From Savitreella phatthalungensis (lineage: Eukaryota), in the NCBI GenBank assembly GCA_051599415.1, contig AP039696.1, positions 434,001 to 498,000 on the forward strand: a stretch of DNA of 64,000 nt. The letters run 5' to 3'. The notes under the pieces were generated by a model. That model saw only the letters and a list, made by a program, of their open reading frames with translations, made no database searches and was not told the DNA's origin. A program made the translations under genes and the position numbers. Below are positions 1-12,481 of the stretch, piece by piece (position 1 is the stretch's first letter; every line of letters starts with the position of its first letter).

Positions 1-226
1 CTCCGCTCAGTGATACCACCTCCACGATTTTCCGGCATCACATATTGTCTGCTGCTGGTGTATTGGAAGCAAGTCTTTGTTCGATCGTGCATCGAAGTAC
101 TTGACACGTGAACGAGGTTGTTCTAAAAATGCAATCAGTACACGTGTGATATGCATTACTAGCATCACATATAGGTCTTCAGCCCTTTCGTTGTCGAGCT
201 GTTGGACACTACAGTTCAGGTGCATC

Positions 227-1447
227 ATGGTGGCTCGCAGTGCCGTTGTCGGGGCTCTGGCATGCCAACGTGACACATATCTAACAACGCTCGACACGCA
301 CGTCACCATCTGCGACAGAGCTGCTAAGCAAGATGATGGCTATGAGGTACAATTTGCAGACACCGTTCTGTTTCCCGAAGGTGGCGGTCAACCTTGGGAT
401 CACGGTAAGGTGATCATAGATGATAATCACTCGCTGGAATGCCGCAGAGTTCTGAGACGCAAGCTCGAAGCACTTCACTACCTGCCTGAGGAGGTTCCTC
501 CTGGTACACCTGTCAAACTTGAGCTGGACTTCGCTCGGCGATTCGACAATGCTCAGCAGCACTCTGGACAGCACTTGCTGTCTGCCGTCATGGACGCCCT
601 AGGGGTACCGACGTTGGGCTGGGCAATGAATGAGAGCGAGGCGTACGTAGAGGTCAGCACTTTGCCGGACCTTGACCTAGTGGAACAACGATGCAATGAG
701 CACATCCGGGAAAACCTGCCAATCACTGTACACGAGACGAGAGATGTGCCCTCGACACTGCCTGCAGACTACGATGCGTCCTCTGGCGTGGTGCGCGTCG
801 TGTGCATAGGGAAACTCGATTACAACCCGTGCTGCGGTACGCATGTGAGGTCAACAGGCGAGCTCAACGCGCTTGCAATATTGCATACCTCATCAGTCCG
901 TGGTACGAACAAGCGGATACACTTCTTGGTCGGCGATCGGTGTCGGCGGCGGCTGCGTCACCTGACAGACGTGACCAGAAAGGCCGGTGAGCTTCTGACC
1001 GTGCCTGCCCATGAAATTCCAGACAAGGTGGTGGCACTGCAGAAGAGCACTCGCGGCTACATCAAACAGGAGCGCGCGCTCAAGACGGAACTGACAGCTA
1101 TGCTAGTCGAAAAGCTCGAGGCGGAGCTCGCCGAGGGAGACGTCCTAGTCATCAGACCAAACTCAGACGCCGATGTGCTGCAAGGTCTCAAGACACATTT
1201 CACAAAGCGTCCCGCCAAGCACGTGATCATTGGCGTCGCGCTTAACGACGCTGAAACGGGCAAGGCCGGGGCACTTGTCGTCGTCGGTCCCGCTGATCAG
1301 GTGGCGACCGTGACGAAACAAATCTCGGACAATATCACTGTCAAAGGTGGCGGTCGAGGCGGCAGCTATCAGGGCAAATTCGATGCCCTGCCAGCTGCCA
1401 AGATCGACTGGCTCAAGAGCATCACTACTGTACATCACCAAGCATAG
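227..1447 (+). CDS. AlaX-type alanyl-tRNA editing protein (AARSD1-like)
   Basis: Motifs DTVLFPEGGGQP, QQHSGQH (HxxxH) and NPCCGTH (CxxxH) zinc ligands, plus a C-terminal KGGGRGG DHHA1-like end. First ATG in frame is at 227. Confidence 0.9.
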   Translation: MVARSAVVGALACQRDTYLTTLDTHVTICDRAAKQDDGYEVQFADTVLFPEGGGQPWDHGKVIIDDNHSLECRRVLRRKLEALHYLPEEVPPGTPVKLELDFARRFDNAQQHSGQHLLSAVMDALGVPTLGWAMNESEAYVEVSTLPDLDLVEQRCNEHIRENLPITVHETRDVPSTLPADYDASSGVVRVVCIGKLDYNPCCGTHVRSTGELNALAILHTSSVRGTNKRIHFLVGDRCRRRLRHLTDVTRKAGELLTVPAHEIPDKVVALQKSTRGYIKQERALKTELTAMLVEKLEAELAEGDVLVIRPNSDADVLQGLKTHFTKRPAKHVIIGVALNDAETGKAGALVVVGPADQVATVTKQISDNITVKGGGRGGSYQGKFDALPAAKIDWLKSITTVHHQA

Positions 1448-1755
1448 CGCATACCCTCATCTATGAAGTCGTGTACTAGAGCGATCATGTCAGTGCGTCA
1501 GACTATTTCATTTGATGTGTGCAAGGTAATTCAAAATCAGTGAGCCCCGCACGACGGTTGATTCATTGGTGTAGATCAATCCTGTACGTCATTAAAAGTA
1601 GAAATATACTTCGAACGTGGTGGACATTGACAAATACGAACCTCAACCATCGACCTCTACAGGATATCCATACGACTGGTCTTTCGGTCAGCACATTGTA
1701 TCTATACAAAAAGCTAACTTGAGCGTCCCGGCTCAGAGACAAGGGTTTCTAGACC

Positions 1756-3549
1756 ATGCCGAAGCCAGAATGGTGGATTCGATCACGACGGTTGTTGTCA
1801 TGGGAGGCTGGATGTTGGCGATTTCTGATGCGAATCGGGATGCTGCTGCATCACAGGACGTTACCGCGACCAATGTCCTCAACGTTCAAGCGGGAGATCC
1901 CATCGACCTTGGGGAGCAGTCCTCCTGGCAAGATCAAGCTGGTCTTCTACATGCCTCGGGACTGGCACTCGCGCTCGACGCCGATGCCTTGCGTTGTCAA
2001 CTTCCACGGCGGAGGGTTCACGATCGGTGCTCCCGAAGACGACTCGACGTGGGCGACTGTGATGGTGGAGCAGCTTGGGGCGTGCTGCGTGAGTGTCGGG
2101 TACAGGTTGGCGCCTGAGCACCCGTTTCCGACGGCGGTTGATGACGGCGCAGACGCGGTGCTCTGGCTGGTCGAGCATGCGCAGGAACTCAACATCGATC
2201 GGTCCCGGCTTGTCACGTCCGGGTTCAGTGCCGGTGGCAACCTGGCATTCACGGTACCGATGCGGCTGCACGAGCCGGATATGCGGTTGCGCCCGACTTC
2301 TGGAGAGGTCGTGAAGGAAGGTGTGGAGGAGGATGTGCTTGCGAGGGTGCCAGATCGGCCTCGTGGCGACGGTGCGTATGATCTGGTCGAGCCAGAGGAG
2401 GTCGAGGAGGATCCATCGCTGGCACACTACCACGTCCAGGCGATCGTTGCGTTCTACCCGTGCGTTGACTTCAGGCAATCCCGCCTTGAGAGGGCAAAAA
2501 CAAATCGGAAAGGACTCAACGCTGGTATGCCAGCCTTCTTCACTGATCTCTTCGACGCATCTTACCTCTTCCGTTCAGGTGCCCATCGCGTCAGACCTAC
2601 CTACCCGGACGACGATCATAGACGCGACAGCGAGACGGACGACGATGCGATGACAATTGACCGACGCACCCTTCCAGGTGCAGATACCCAAAAACGTTCT
2701 GATGCAACCACGACTACCACGACCAACTACGACTACGACCTTGAAGGCCAGACCCGGGACTCGGACGCTTTGGACCCATTGACGCAGGGTGCGAGCAGCT
2801 CATTTGAGTTGGGTGATGGCCTGGGGAGTGACAGCGGTCCACTTGGCCGAGTTCCATCATGTGATATGTGTGACCCGCTGCTGTCGCCTGCGGCTGCTCC
2901 TGATTGGATGCTGCGGCGTTCGCTGCCTCGGTCGCTGCACTTCTTCACTGCCGAGTGGGACGACTTGCTGCGAGAGGCTGAGCGATTTCAGCGCCGACTC
3001 ACCCGGCTCGGCAAGGACGTCCACTACCGGTGTGCGAAGGGGAGGAAGCACGCATGGGACAGGCAGCCGAACCCGTACACGCGCAACCGCCTGAGAGAGC
3101 ACATGTACGCTCGCGCTGCTGAAGACCTCCATGCAGCACTCTACCCACCAGCCCCACGTCTACCAGCCGTTGCATTCTCCTCACAGGATCTCAAGCACAG
3201 CCCGCAGTCCGGCAATCTAGACGCCAGAGAGATCCTTGTGGACGAGCACCATGCAGACGCCATTGATGTCCCTGCAGGATCGGTGGCTCGGAAATCGGAC
3301 CGAGGGAGGTCGTCCAGGGTAGGCCAGATGCTGAAAGGTGCTGTGAAGGGGAGATTAGGTAGTGGATCGACGGATGAGGAGGCGGTCGTGACGATAGATG
3401 ACGAGACCGAAACGACAGCGACAGTACCGGAGACTGATCGCAACCATAGACCATCAAATGGGAGAGGCAGGGTAGGTGGAGATCGTCCTGCAGAACGCGT
3501 CATCGACCGCCTCCCAACGACACATTCACAACAATACACGGCATCCTGA
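1756..3549 (+). CDS. alpha/beta hydrolase, HSL/GDXG lipase-esterase family
   Basis: HGGGF oxyanion motif, YRLAPEHPFP, GFSAGG nucleophile, EWDDL and KHAWD triad candidates. Confidence 0.9.
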   Translation: MPKPEWWIRSRRLLSWEAGCWRFLMRIGMLLHHRTLPRPMSSTFKREIPSTLGSSPPGKIKLVFYMPRDWHSRSTPMPCVVNFHGGGFTIGAPEDDSTWATVMVEQLGACCVSVGYRLAPEHPFPTAVDDGADAVLWLVEHAQELNIDRSRLVTSGFSAGGNLAFTVPMRLHEPDMRLRPTSGEVVKEGVEEDVLARVPDRPRGDGAYDLVEPEEVEEDPSLAHYHVQAIVAFYPCVDFRQSRLERAKTNRKGLNAGMPAFFTDLFDASYLFRSGAHRVRPTYPDDDHRRDSETDDDAMTIDRRTLPGADTQKRSDATTTTTTNYDYDLEGQTRDSDALDPLTQGASSSFELGDGLGSDSGPLGRVPSCDMCDPLLSPAAAPDWMLRRSLPRSLHFFTAEWDDLLREAERFQRRLTRLGKDVHYRCAKGRKHAWDRQPNPYTRNRLREHMYARAAEDLHAALYPPAPRLPAVAFSSQDLKHSPQSGNLDAREILVDEHHADAIDVPAGSVARKSDRGRSSRVGQMLKGAVKGRLGSGSTDEEAVVTIDDETETTATVPETDRNHRPSNGRGRVGGDRPAERVIDRLPTTHSQQYTAS

Positions 3550-3627
3550 CAAAGGGAGCGTATTCCGAATTGTATATTTGTAGAATGGGGAAGATGGATG
3601 GGTAAGAGAGGGTAAATAGATGGTAGG

Positions 3628-6371
3628 CTAGGACGTCGATTTACCCAGTCCGAATACGGATGTACGACGTTTGACTTTTTCCGGGTCCGGGGTGGGGGAG
3701 GTGTTGTCGTCTGTGTTGCCGTTGGTTGCCGTCGAGGAGCCGTTCGTGCTGTCTTCCACCGCAGGCGAGGTCTCCTTCGACCCGAACCCAAAGCCGCGCT
3801 TGCTTCGAAACGACGAGAACCTGGCGAGCGACGACCGCTTCTCCTGCATTCCAGGACGCTTGATCGACCCGGACACACTGTGCTGTAGTGAGGCACCACC
3901 CGAAGTGTTCGGTGTCGATCCGAGCTGAGACGCCGTCGGTGGAGAGGACGTGGCCGATAGGGTGCTTGCGGGAGCGTAGGTGGGCATGTTTGGGGAGGTG
4001 GGGCCTGAGGATGAGCCTGAGAGGAAACTTGCGCCACGTAAGCCTGCGGCGATGCCACCAAATCGACTTGTCGAGGGTGGCTGGTGGGATGATGGACTGG
4101 TGATCTCATGCAACGGCTCGTCCACTTCTTCGACCGGTGTGGAGGAGATCTGCGTCTGCGTGTATACGCCGTGGTAGGTCTCAGAGTTGATGCGATTCGG
4201 AGCGCCAGGTCGACGAGGGCCAAGCGAATCACCTGACCCAGATGCTGCTGCGGGGCCTGATGATCCGACGCCGAGCGAGTACAAGGGCTTCTCCTCTATG
4301 GGCTCTGTAAGGGAGCGCTGCTGCGCGGCGCCTGCGGTGCCTGCTGGGTGACGAATTTCGGGGGGACTGCTTTGGGGCGCATCCTTCTTATCACCGCCAT
4401 TTTTGTTGCTCGAGAAGACAGCCGAAATCATTCGCCGTGTCGGGGGAGGCTTCGGCGGACCATTGCCTACGCCGAGACTCGAACCAACGCTCATCCCCTG
4501 CTGCGTGCTCGCTCGCGCCAATCCTTTGCGCGTCGCCGCAGCCTGTGGCGGCGATAGGCCAGGCACGGCATTTGGCCCACCAGGTGTGCTTGCAAACGAT
4601 GATGTCCCGCTGCCAAGCGGAGTTGCGGAATTCGGGATGACCTTTGCAAGCGGACCGTGTCCTGTACTCGGCATGCTGGGGGTGACAGGTTGCACCATGG
4701 TGTTGTGGTAGCCATTGGCAGCCTCTAATGTTGCGGCGACTTGTGGGGGCAGGCGCGTGGCATGAGCACTATCGCTTGCCAGAGATAGTGCAGCACGCGA
4801 GTCGAGTGATTCCTCGACGTCGACCGTGCGGTAGAAGAGGACGTATGCGCAAGCCGTGCCAGAATCATCGCCGCCGATGAAGCGTGTCACAACAGATTCT
4901 GGGATACGCTCGACGTGCTCATCATCGTATAACAGCCAGCCAAGGTGATCTGTCCGAACGCACGCAATGTAGTGTCCGTGGTATGAAGCACCGCCGAGAT
5001 GGACGACGACCGCATAGAGCTCGTATAGCCGATCAGGATCGGCAGCATCATCCGTTGTGTTGGCTATGCGCAGGGTCTGGTCGTAACGAACAACGTGCTG
5101 TAGCTTGACGTGTCGCTGAAGCTCTGGCTCGAATTTGAAGCGCTTCAGATGCAGTGCGAGGACTTTTGGAAGTCGCCGGATCTTCATCCGCCGCTCAGCC
5201 TCGACCAGACCATTGCAACGCTCACAGAAGAATTTGTTCTTCTCCCTCAAGAATTCACTGGCAGAAAAGGCGCGCATACATGCGGACACCGATGTGTTTT
5301 CCTCAATGTCGAGTGATAGGTCGAGGAACGACTCGTCGCGAGATGTGACATTCTCGCATGTCAGGCAGCGCACCTCGGATGCTAGCGTTCCCTCGAAGAT
5401 GTCGTGTACAAAAGTCACATCTCGCAGACTGTCCTTGGAAGTCAGATAGGCGTATCCGTCATGGACGGAGTTGAGCATGTAGTTCAGGAATTCGTGTGCG
5501 TCGTGGTGGATGTTCTGACGGAACATCTCGTTAACGTGGCGCAGGGTGTCCATGAACGCTTTCGGGGAGATGATGCCGACTCGCTTGCGCTGCGAGATCA
5601 GGGAGAGGTAGACGTCGCGGAGGGAATGCATGAGGAGTGCTTCGTCCTGCTGCTCGCGTTTTGTTGGTGATACAACGAGATGCTCCTCTAATAGCTTCTT
5701 CTTGTACAGGTCGGTGGCTGTATCGTCCGTCGGCTTCATCTCCTGACCGCGGAAGGCCTGATCGTTCTTATTCACAGGTGATTCTGGAAACATCGGGTGT
5801 GGCGTGGGTGGCTCTCCTTTCGGGTAGAATGCTCGTCGCCGTAGTTCATCACGCTCCTCCTCGTCTGTTGTCCAGGATAGTCCCTTCTTTTTCTTGCCAG
5901 CAACTTGTGCTGCCGGCATGATCACAGGTCCGGACGTTGACCGCTGTGCATAAGACTCGGAAACGATCGTGGCAAGCTTGGGCTGTGGTGTGCCGTCGAT
6001 GTGTAATGCTTTGTCGCGCATGTCTGCGCGTACCTCGTCCTGGAATGGCGCTGCAACGAGAGCATTTCGGAAAGGAGGCGTCCAGTAGAGCGCCTGGATG
6101 ACTGAGTTTGCATAGCATGTGCTTCCAAACTAGAGAACATGTCAGTACGTGGATTCCAGCAGGCGGGATACAGATGATGTGCGCGTACATTTTCAAGACC
6201 CCAGTATTTGTCGCGTCCGTCGTCATAGATAGAGAGTTCTGGTGCAACGATCGACGGTGAGATGGCCGCGCCGGCGTCCTTGTCCTTGCGCTTCGCGGCA
6301 TTCTGTTTGGGTCAGAAGGGAACGAGAAAGGTCGGAGAATTCGTGTCACATACCTTGCCGAAGCCGAACAT
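3628..6371 (-). CDS. creB: ubiquitin C-terminal hydrolase, USP12/46 (CreB/Ubp9/Ubp13) family; exons 6371-6354, 6302-6189, 6129-3628
   Basis: Splicing two GT..CTGAC..AG introns (6303-6353, 6130-6188) restores the Cys box GLENFGSTCYANSVIQALY. HHDAHEFL, LALHLKRF and the GHY His box are in the main ORF. Confidence 0.9.
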
Positions 6372-8517
6372 GATGTGGTCGTGAGTGTCTGCGCAATAGC
6401 GAACTTATGCGCCGTAAGGTGATCAAGAAGCTCGGACGATGCAACCGGTCTATGCTTCGAGCGGTCGACAGCGAGCTTCGGGGAGCAGAAGCGATCTAGA
6501 TGACGCTGAAGCTGAGCGCACCTGGTCGTGCAGTGAACAGTGGGCAGCAGCCTTGGATCTGAGTAGTGAGGCCGAGCAGGTGTCAGACTCTGTCGCTCGC
6601 CATGTGCTGCTGATGGGTCGTGATCGTGCGATGCGTGGGAGAGCTTTTGAAGTAGCCGCCGGGGGTTTGTGGTCGGCCACGTTCAGAGATGCGAGTTGGC
6701 GGTTCAGGGAGTTGTGCAAGTCGCGTGCTCGAGAGATTATTGGGCAGTAGCCTCGTATCTCGACCCGGGAATCGGATGTCGAACTGGCGAGGGTGATGTG
6801 TGGAGTGTTCGTTCGGGGAAGTGGTGAACGTGTCGACTGTTGTTACAGGCTGTTTTCGACAGATGCAGGCTTCCCAGTGCTGTGTGATAGTGTGTGGTAC
6901 TACCACTGAATTGACAGTGGTCGATCGATGGGAGGATGTGACTGCGTCCTTTTGTGCACGATGGGTATAGAGAGTCGGGTCAAGCAAGTGTATTGACTTG
7001 GAGAATCAAAGTCAAGATGAAGATTCGAGATCAAGGTCAATTATTGACCTGGACAGTCGTGTTGTACGGTGTGTAAGGCTTGCTCGGTCACTCAGTCATT
7101 CGGTCACTCGGTCCTTCTATGATCTGCTCTGGTCACTCATTCACTCGCTGGGTTACTCCACTACACTCCCACTCTCACTGTACTCCGCGGGCCCCGCGGT
7201 AGTCTACTCAGTAGTCACTGTCCCACCTAGCGTTGCTTGCCATGGGGATGCACCCCCACGCTCTAGGGTGACGCCTATTGCCCACGTACATCCGCACTGG
7301 CGTACGCACACATGCATGCATGCATGGATGGATGCATAGATGCACATTCTATTCTATTCCAGTCCAGCCCAGTCCAGTTGAGCCGAGTGTAGTCCAGTCT
7401 GGTATAGATCAGTCCACCCACAGAAGAGATCGATAGATAGAGAGGGAAAGTTAGTGAGAGCGACTTTTTTAGTGTTTTACCTGAGTGAGTTTGGCAATTG
7501 CACTTGGATGAAATACGCTCCCACCCGCCCGGCCGTAATTTGCCAACCATCGATTTCGACCGACGGGTGATTGCTTGAGAGGATCGAATTTGTGAATTTG
7601 CCGCCAGTGACGCTCGTATCAGTATCCGAATTATTCGAGTTTATATTAATACTCTATCTTCGCAGAGGATATACATAAGTGGGAAACGGGATTGAAGTTC
7701 AGTCTAGCTTTTCGGACGGCCGATGAATAATATTCCTCCCAAGATGCCCCACACTATTAATTTACAACCACTATATCAATTTACACTACGATGTACATTA
7801 TGTATTGGATGGTCAAATTACAGAATTGGGGCGGCCACATTTACGTAAATCCGAAGCTGAATGATTCCTCTGCAGCATATAAATCTGAATAGATGCATTA
7901 ATTTCTTAACAAAGTCGACGCTCGGAGTTGCGGATGTCAGAAGTGGTTTCATCCGAGTTAACCAATACTCCAGCAGATACAGTCTGGTCTTCAGCCTCCA
8001 TGCTATATTTTACATCTGCTCGCATAAAGCATCTCTGTACAATACACGATGCACGACCTTTGTCATCATAGCATGTCTCCTGCCGCTATTCTCCTTCTAT
8101 CCTGCCCTGGAGTTCCCCACTGGGACATCTGACCCATGTGCAGCTGTGTTACAATGCACTCGAGTAACACATGACTGTCTTTTTTCTGATCATCTTGTCC
8201 TTCTCCTAGATGTATCCCGGTGCGTGAATAGGCAACGTTTGTGAGAATGCAGCTTAATTATCTAGTCTCAAGACAGTAGGCCATCGACAGTCCTTCCACA
8301 ATGTTTGATCTGGACTGAGTAAGCGACCACTTCTATCTCGTTTACCTAGCGAGGCAACGAGCAAGGACACACAGACCTATCACGCTCGATGATTCTGATT
8401 GATGGATTTTGACAATTCTCTCTTCTCTTCTCTGCTATTCTGTATTGTCTTTTCTCCTTCTTTCTCCTACTCTGAATGAGAACAAAGCGTTCAATCTACC
8501 GATGATTCGTTCTTCTT

Positions 8518-9390
8518 CTATCCGTCGAGAGCAACGGCACCGACAATGATCTCAATCAGACCGTTGGTGATGACTGCCTGTCTGGTACGGTTGTAGGCGA
8601 TGGTGAACTTGTCGATCATCTCTCCTGCGTTCTTGCTGGCATTGTCCATGGCGTTTCTGCGAGCAGAGAGCTCGCACGCGTGTCCCTCCACCAGAGCTGC
8701 GTAGATGACGTTGGCAAAGGTGAACTCTGCCAGGTTTGCGAGCACGTCGTCCTCAATCTCGTACGCGCTGAAGTTGGTCGAGTTCTTGAGTGCGTCCTCA
8801 GAGAAGATCGGCAGGGTCGTTGGCTCGTACGCAATGCCAGACACGTACGAGTTGTAGATCACAGACACCTGGTCGTACTGCTTGCCTGAGCCGGTGACGA
8901 GGTCAGCAATCGCTGCAGCGTCAGCAAAGCTCGGCACGTCCTTGCCGATCTGGTTGAAGCTGAGGATGATGTTCTCTGGGCGGAATCGCTGGAGCTGTGC
9001 CTTGGCCTTGTCGCCGAGGACGACGAGGTCTGCGTCAGGCTTCTCGTCAAGAGCCTTGCGTGTCGCCTTTGAAAGCTGCGAGTGCACACCACCACACAGT
9101 CCCTTGTCGGAGGAAGCGACGATGAAGAGCGTCTTGCCCTCGGATGCCTTTGTCTCTGCGTTCTTGAACAGCTCCTGTGCCGTCTCTCCGTACACCTTTG
9201 CCTGATTCATTGCGCGGGAAGCCTTTGGGAGCTTCGACGATGCCACAGTCTTCATCGTCTTTGTGATCTTCTCAATGTTCTTGACCGACTTGAGACGTGT
9301 CTCGATTTCGCGCAGGGTGGCCATGTTGCGCGTGGCCGCAGCCGCAGGGACTACTGCCCGTGACGTCCTCAGCACTGTCCTCGAGAGCAT
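8518..9390 (-). CDS. ATP3: mitochondrial F1 ATP synthase subunit gamma
   Basis: ATLREIETRLKSVKNIEKITKTMK, SDKGLCG, RRNAMDNASKNA, NRTRQAVIT, preceded by an Arg-rich presequence. Confidence 0.97.
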   Translation of the reverse strand: MLSRTVLRTSRAVVPAAAATRNMATLREIETRLKSVKNIEKITKTMKTVASSKLPKASRAMNQAKVYGETAQELFKNAETKASEGKTLFIVASSDKGLCGGVHSQLSKATRKALDEKPDADLVVLGDKAKAQLQRFRPENIILSFNQIGKDVPSFADAAAIADLVTGSGKQYDQVSVIYNSYVSGIAYEPTTLPIFSEDALKNSTNFSAYEIEDDVLANLAEFTFANVIYAALVEGHACELSARRNAMDNASKNAGEMIDKFTIAYNRTRQAVITNGLIEIIVGAVALDG

Positions 9391-9605
9391 CTTCTTTCTG
9401 TGGAGTGTGACGATGATCAGGCGTCTACCTGAGTGTACCGTTGTGACCGAGCTTTTTGACCTTGATATGGACGATTGCGAGGATGGATACTGTGTGATGG
9501 TCGATGACGACGTGGTGACTGACCCTGGATAGTCTGAGAGTATAGAATCGATCGGACAGTGGATTGATTGTTGCCAGTGCTCGTGCAGGTGGAGTGTTGC
9601 GGTCC

Positions 9606-9666
9606 TGTGCAGTGCAGTGCTGTGCTGTGCTGTGCTGTGCTGTGCTGCGCTGCGCTGCGCTGCGCT
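9606..9666. repeat. compound pentanucleotide microsatellite (GTGCA/GTGCT/GCGCT)n
   Basis: About 12 tandem 5-mers are directly visible upstream of ATP3. Confidence 0.85.
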
Positions 9667-10295
9667 CGTGCGGTGATTGTCGTCGTCGGTCTGCCTATCG
9701 AGCAGGGAAGGAATCCGAGCGGTGAAGGTCGGAATCGGTTTTGTCAGGGTTGACTAGATTAAAATGTCCAACATATTATTCAAAATCGTAATAAAAAATC
9801 CCCTCGTGCTCCAATAATCCCGTATTCAACTATCCTGGATTAGTAGACATTTAATAGACCAGTGCCGAAACTTTCTATATTTCCTACTAACATGCATTGA
9901 CTGACCGACTTAAAATTTGCAGGATCATGCCAGGATGGACTGAATGCAGCTGAAGATGCCCTTCAGTCAGCTAAAATATATTAAGATGCACAAACAGCCC
10001 TGCAATCACGCCAGAGATCGTCTGGATATACCAGCAGCTATAGCTGCATATGAATGAGATTGACCATGATTGGCACTAGCACGTGCACAGCCCAAGTTCT
10101 CTTTTCTTGAGTGCTGTCACGTGCACTTGCAGAGATCATTTCCTCGATATCGATCCCACACATATCATACACGCATGCATATATGGCATAGACGCGTCCA
10201 TCCAGCACATATACTTACGTCTACACACCCCTACATTCTTTCCTCATTCACTTCCATCGACATGCACGTATAGCATCTGTTAGAATCCTTTCACC

Positions 10296-10925
10296 ATGAG
10301 TGTCGCCTTCAAACTCGGCACTCTCGTCATTCGTACAATTGCCAAGCCGATTGCTGAGACGATCAAGGTCCAGGCGAAAGAGCATGAACGATTCAGGAAG
10401 ATCTGTATCGGGGTCGCTCAGCTGACACACCGTTTCGATGTCGGCATGCGGACATCGCTCCTCCGAACCACAGTCAGTAGCAGCAGCGCGTCCGGCAGCA
10501 ACAGTGCAGGTGGCGAGGCTGGCTCCGGTGTCACGAAGAGCCGGCGTGAGGTTCGACCGCTGAACGAGGCAAAGGCGATTGATTCTGGTGCAAAGCTGAT
10601 CTCTGAGGCGTTTCTGTTTGGGGTTGCTGGTGGGTTGATCATCTTTGAGAGTTGGCGGAGTAGGCGGAAGGAGAATGCTCGGCGTGAGGGTGTGGCCGAT
10701 GCGATCGAGGCGCTCCAGGACGAGGTCGAGGAACTACGCCGTCGACTTGCTCTCACAGAAACCCTGCACACGCGCAGGGCTCCGATGACACCGATTCAGG
10801 GCACCATCGATCGCGCCAGTATCACCGACCCTAACGCCATTGCCATCCTTCATCCAAGACTCGGAGATGTTGTCCGTGCGGCCGCTCGCAAGGTCCGTCT
10901 CGGAGAGCGCAAAGCTGACTTGTGA
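10296..10925 (+). CDS. OPA3: OPA3-like mitochondrial protein
   Basis: KLGTLVIRTIAKPIA...VRPLNEAKAIDSGAKLISEAFLFGVAGGLIIFESWRS followed by a coiled coil. Confidence 0.9.
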   Translation: MSVAFKLGTLVIRTIAKPIAETIKVQAKEHERFRKICIGVAQLTHRFDVGMRTSLLRTTVSSSSASGSNSAGGEAGSGVTKSRREVRPLNEAKAIDSGAKLISEAFLFGVAGGLIIFESWRSRRKENARREGVADAIEALQDEVEELRRRLALTETLHTRRAPMTPIQGTIDRASITDPNAIAILHPRLGDVVRAAARKVRLGERKADL

Positions 10926-11318
10926 AAGCAGCAATTTCAACTGACGAATACCTACGTAGTAGTAATGACACGACACTCCTCTCTCTCCTCTGTCTCATGC
11001 ACTTACGAGATCGCTTTGTTGTTCTGTCGCCTTTCTACGTTGTGTTTTCTCCTGTGGCGGGAGCGTATATTCTGATTTCCCACATCTCGTGCATAGATCG
11101 AATTGCATCTTCGGATCATGTGCAGTCGTGTGCAGGCAATGTCAATCGAGTCTTCATTGTCCACTCTACTGACCTTACGGCGCGTCTAAAGCAACACACA
11201 CTCCACGGTTGACAAAAGCTGAAGGCAATCCACCACAATCGACATCTCGATCCTCTGCTCAGCGACAATACGCTCATAAATCTGGGATTTCCGACGCGGG
11301 AGTCGGCCTAGATTAAAA

Positions 11319-12227
11319 ATGCCGATGTCAAACGCGGATGTTGTGTCTGCTGGTGCTGCGCTGCACAAGGCGCTGAGCGGGGGCAATGCCAGCACATGCG
11401 TTGAGATATTGGAACGGTTGCGTGACGAGCTTGTGGCGACGGATGCTGTGCTGAAGGAGACGAAGATTGGGTTGCATGTGGGCAAGCTGCGGAAGGCGCC
11501 TAATGCGTCGGTTGCCGCGCTCGCGAACGAGGTTGTGAAGAAGTGGAAGTCCGACCTTGCTGGCGGCGGGACGACGGCGACACCTGCAGAGACGACGTTG
11601 CTGAAGAAGAAGCTCGCAGCAGATGCCAAGCCAACACAACCCACACAGGCCACCGCAGCACAGGCCCAGCAGCCCCAAGCGACAGCACCACGCACCGTAG
11701 ACACAGACGCAGTCAAAATCAACCAGACAACAGAACCGGTCAGGAACAACTGTATCAAGCTGACGTACAACGCGCTTGCGTGTGATGCTCCTACGAGTGT
11801 GGACGCCGAGACGCTGCTGGGGTGTGCTGTGCGGATAGAGAAGGCTTGCTATGTGAGTGTTGGAGGTGGGAGTGCGAATAGTGCGTACAAGCAGAAGATG
11901 CGGTCCTTGTACTTGAATTTGAAAGGGACGAATCGGTCGCTGCGTGAGGGTGTGCGGGATGGAGTGCTCGAGGCCGATCGGCTTGTGGGGATGAGTGCTG
12001 AGGAGATGGCGAGTTCGGAGAAGCGTGCAAAGGACGAGCAGCTCCAGCAGATGAATATCTTCAACTCCCTCGCAGCCACAGCAGCAACCGCCTCCACAGA
12101 CATGTTCCAGTGCGGAAAGTGCAAGAAGCGAAAGTGCACCTACTACCAGATGCAGACCCGGTCAGCAGACGAGCCGATGACGACATTCGTCACCTGTGTC
12201 GAGTGTGGCAACAAGTGGAAGTTCTAA
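11319..12227 (+). CDS. DST1: transcription elongation factor TFIIS
   Basis: C-terminal zinc ribbon CGKCK...QTRSADEPMTTFVTCVECGNKWKF and N-terminal LKETKIG domain. Confidence 0.97.
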   Translation: MPMSNADVVSAGAALHKALSGGNASTCVEILERLRDELVATDAVLKETKIGLHVGKLRKAPNASVAALANEVVKKWKSDLAGGGTTATPAETTLLKKKLAADAKPTQPTQATAAQAQQPQATAPRTVDTDAVKINQTTEPVRNNCIKLTYNALACDAPTSVDAETLLGCAVRIEKACYVSVGGGSANSAYKQKMRSLYLNLKGTNRSLREGVRDGVLEADRLVGMSAEEMASSEKRAKDEQLQQMNIFNSLAATAATASTDMFQCGKCKKRKCTYYQMQTRSADEPMTTFVTCVECGNKWKF

Positions 12228-12481
12228 CAACGGTATTCAATCGCCCTTCCTACCAACCTGTGCGTGAGCATCGCTGGCGATGTCCTCTTTCACGACACGG
12301 TACATCTTAATTCGCTCTCTGGAGCACAGTGATAGGACGCTTGCTCGAGCATTCGTAAATCAGCGTCATGACATGAATGAGAGCATAAGCGAGAGACTGG
12401 TACTACTAAAGTGTCTAGCGAACGTGCGTGCGTGTATGTGTGTGTGTGAGAGTTATCGTGAATCGAGCTTTCGCTGAACGA

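Noticed and set aside
3141..4232. 363-aa minus ORF and other long antisense or alternate-frame ORFs (e.g. 21429-22529, 59630-60445)
   Set aside because: These are shadows of GC-rich real genes, often with non-ATG starts and no motifs.
7185..7199. GC palindrome CCGCGGG-C-CCCGCGG and nearby CATG/pentamer repeats
   Set aside because: Too short to distinguish from chance or simple-sequence drift.
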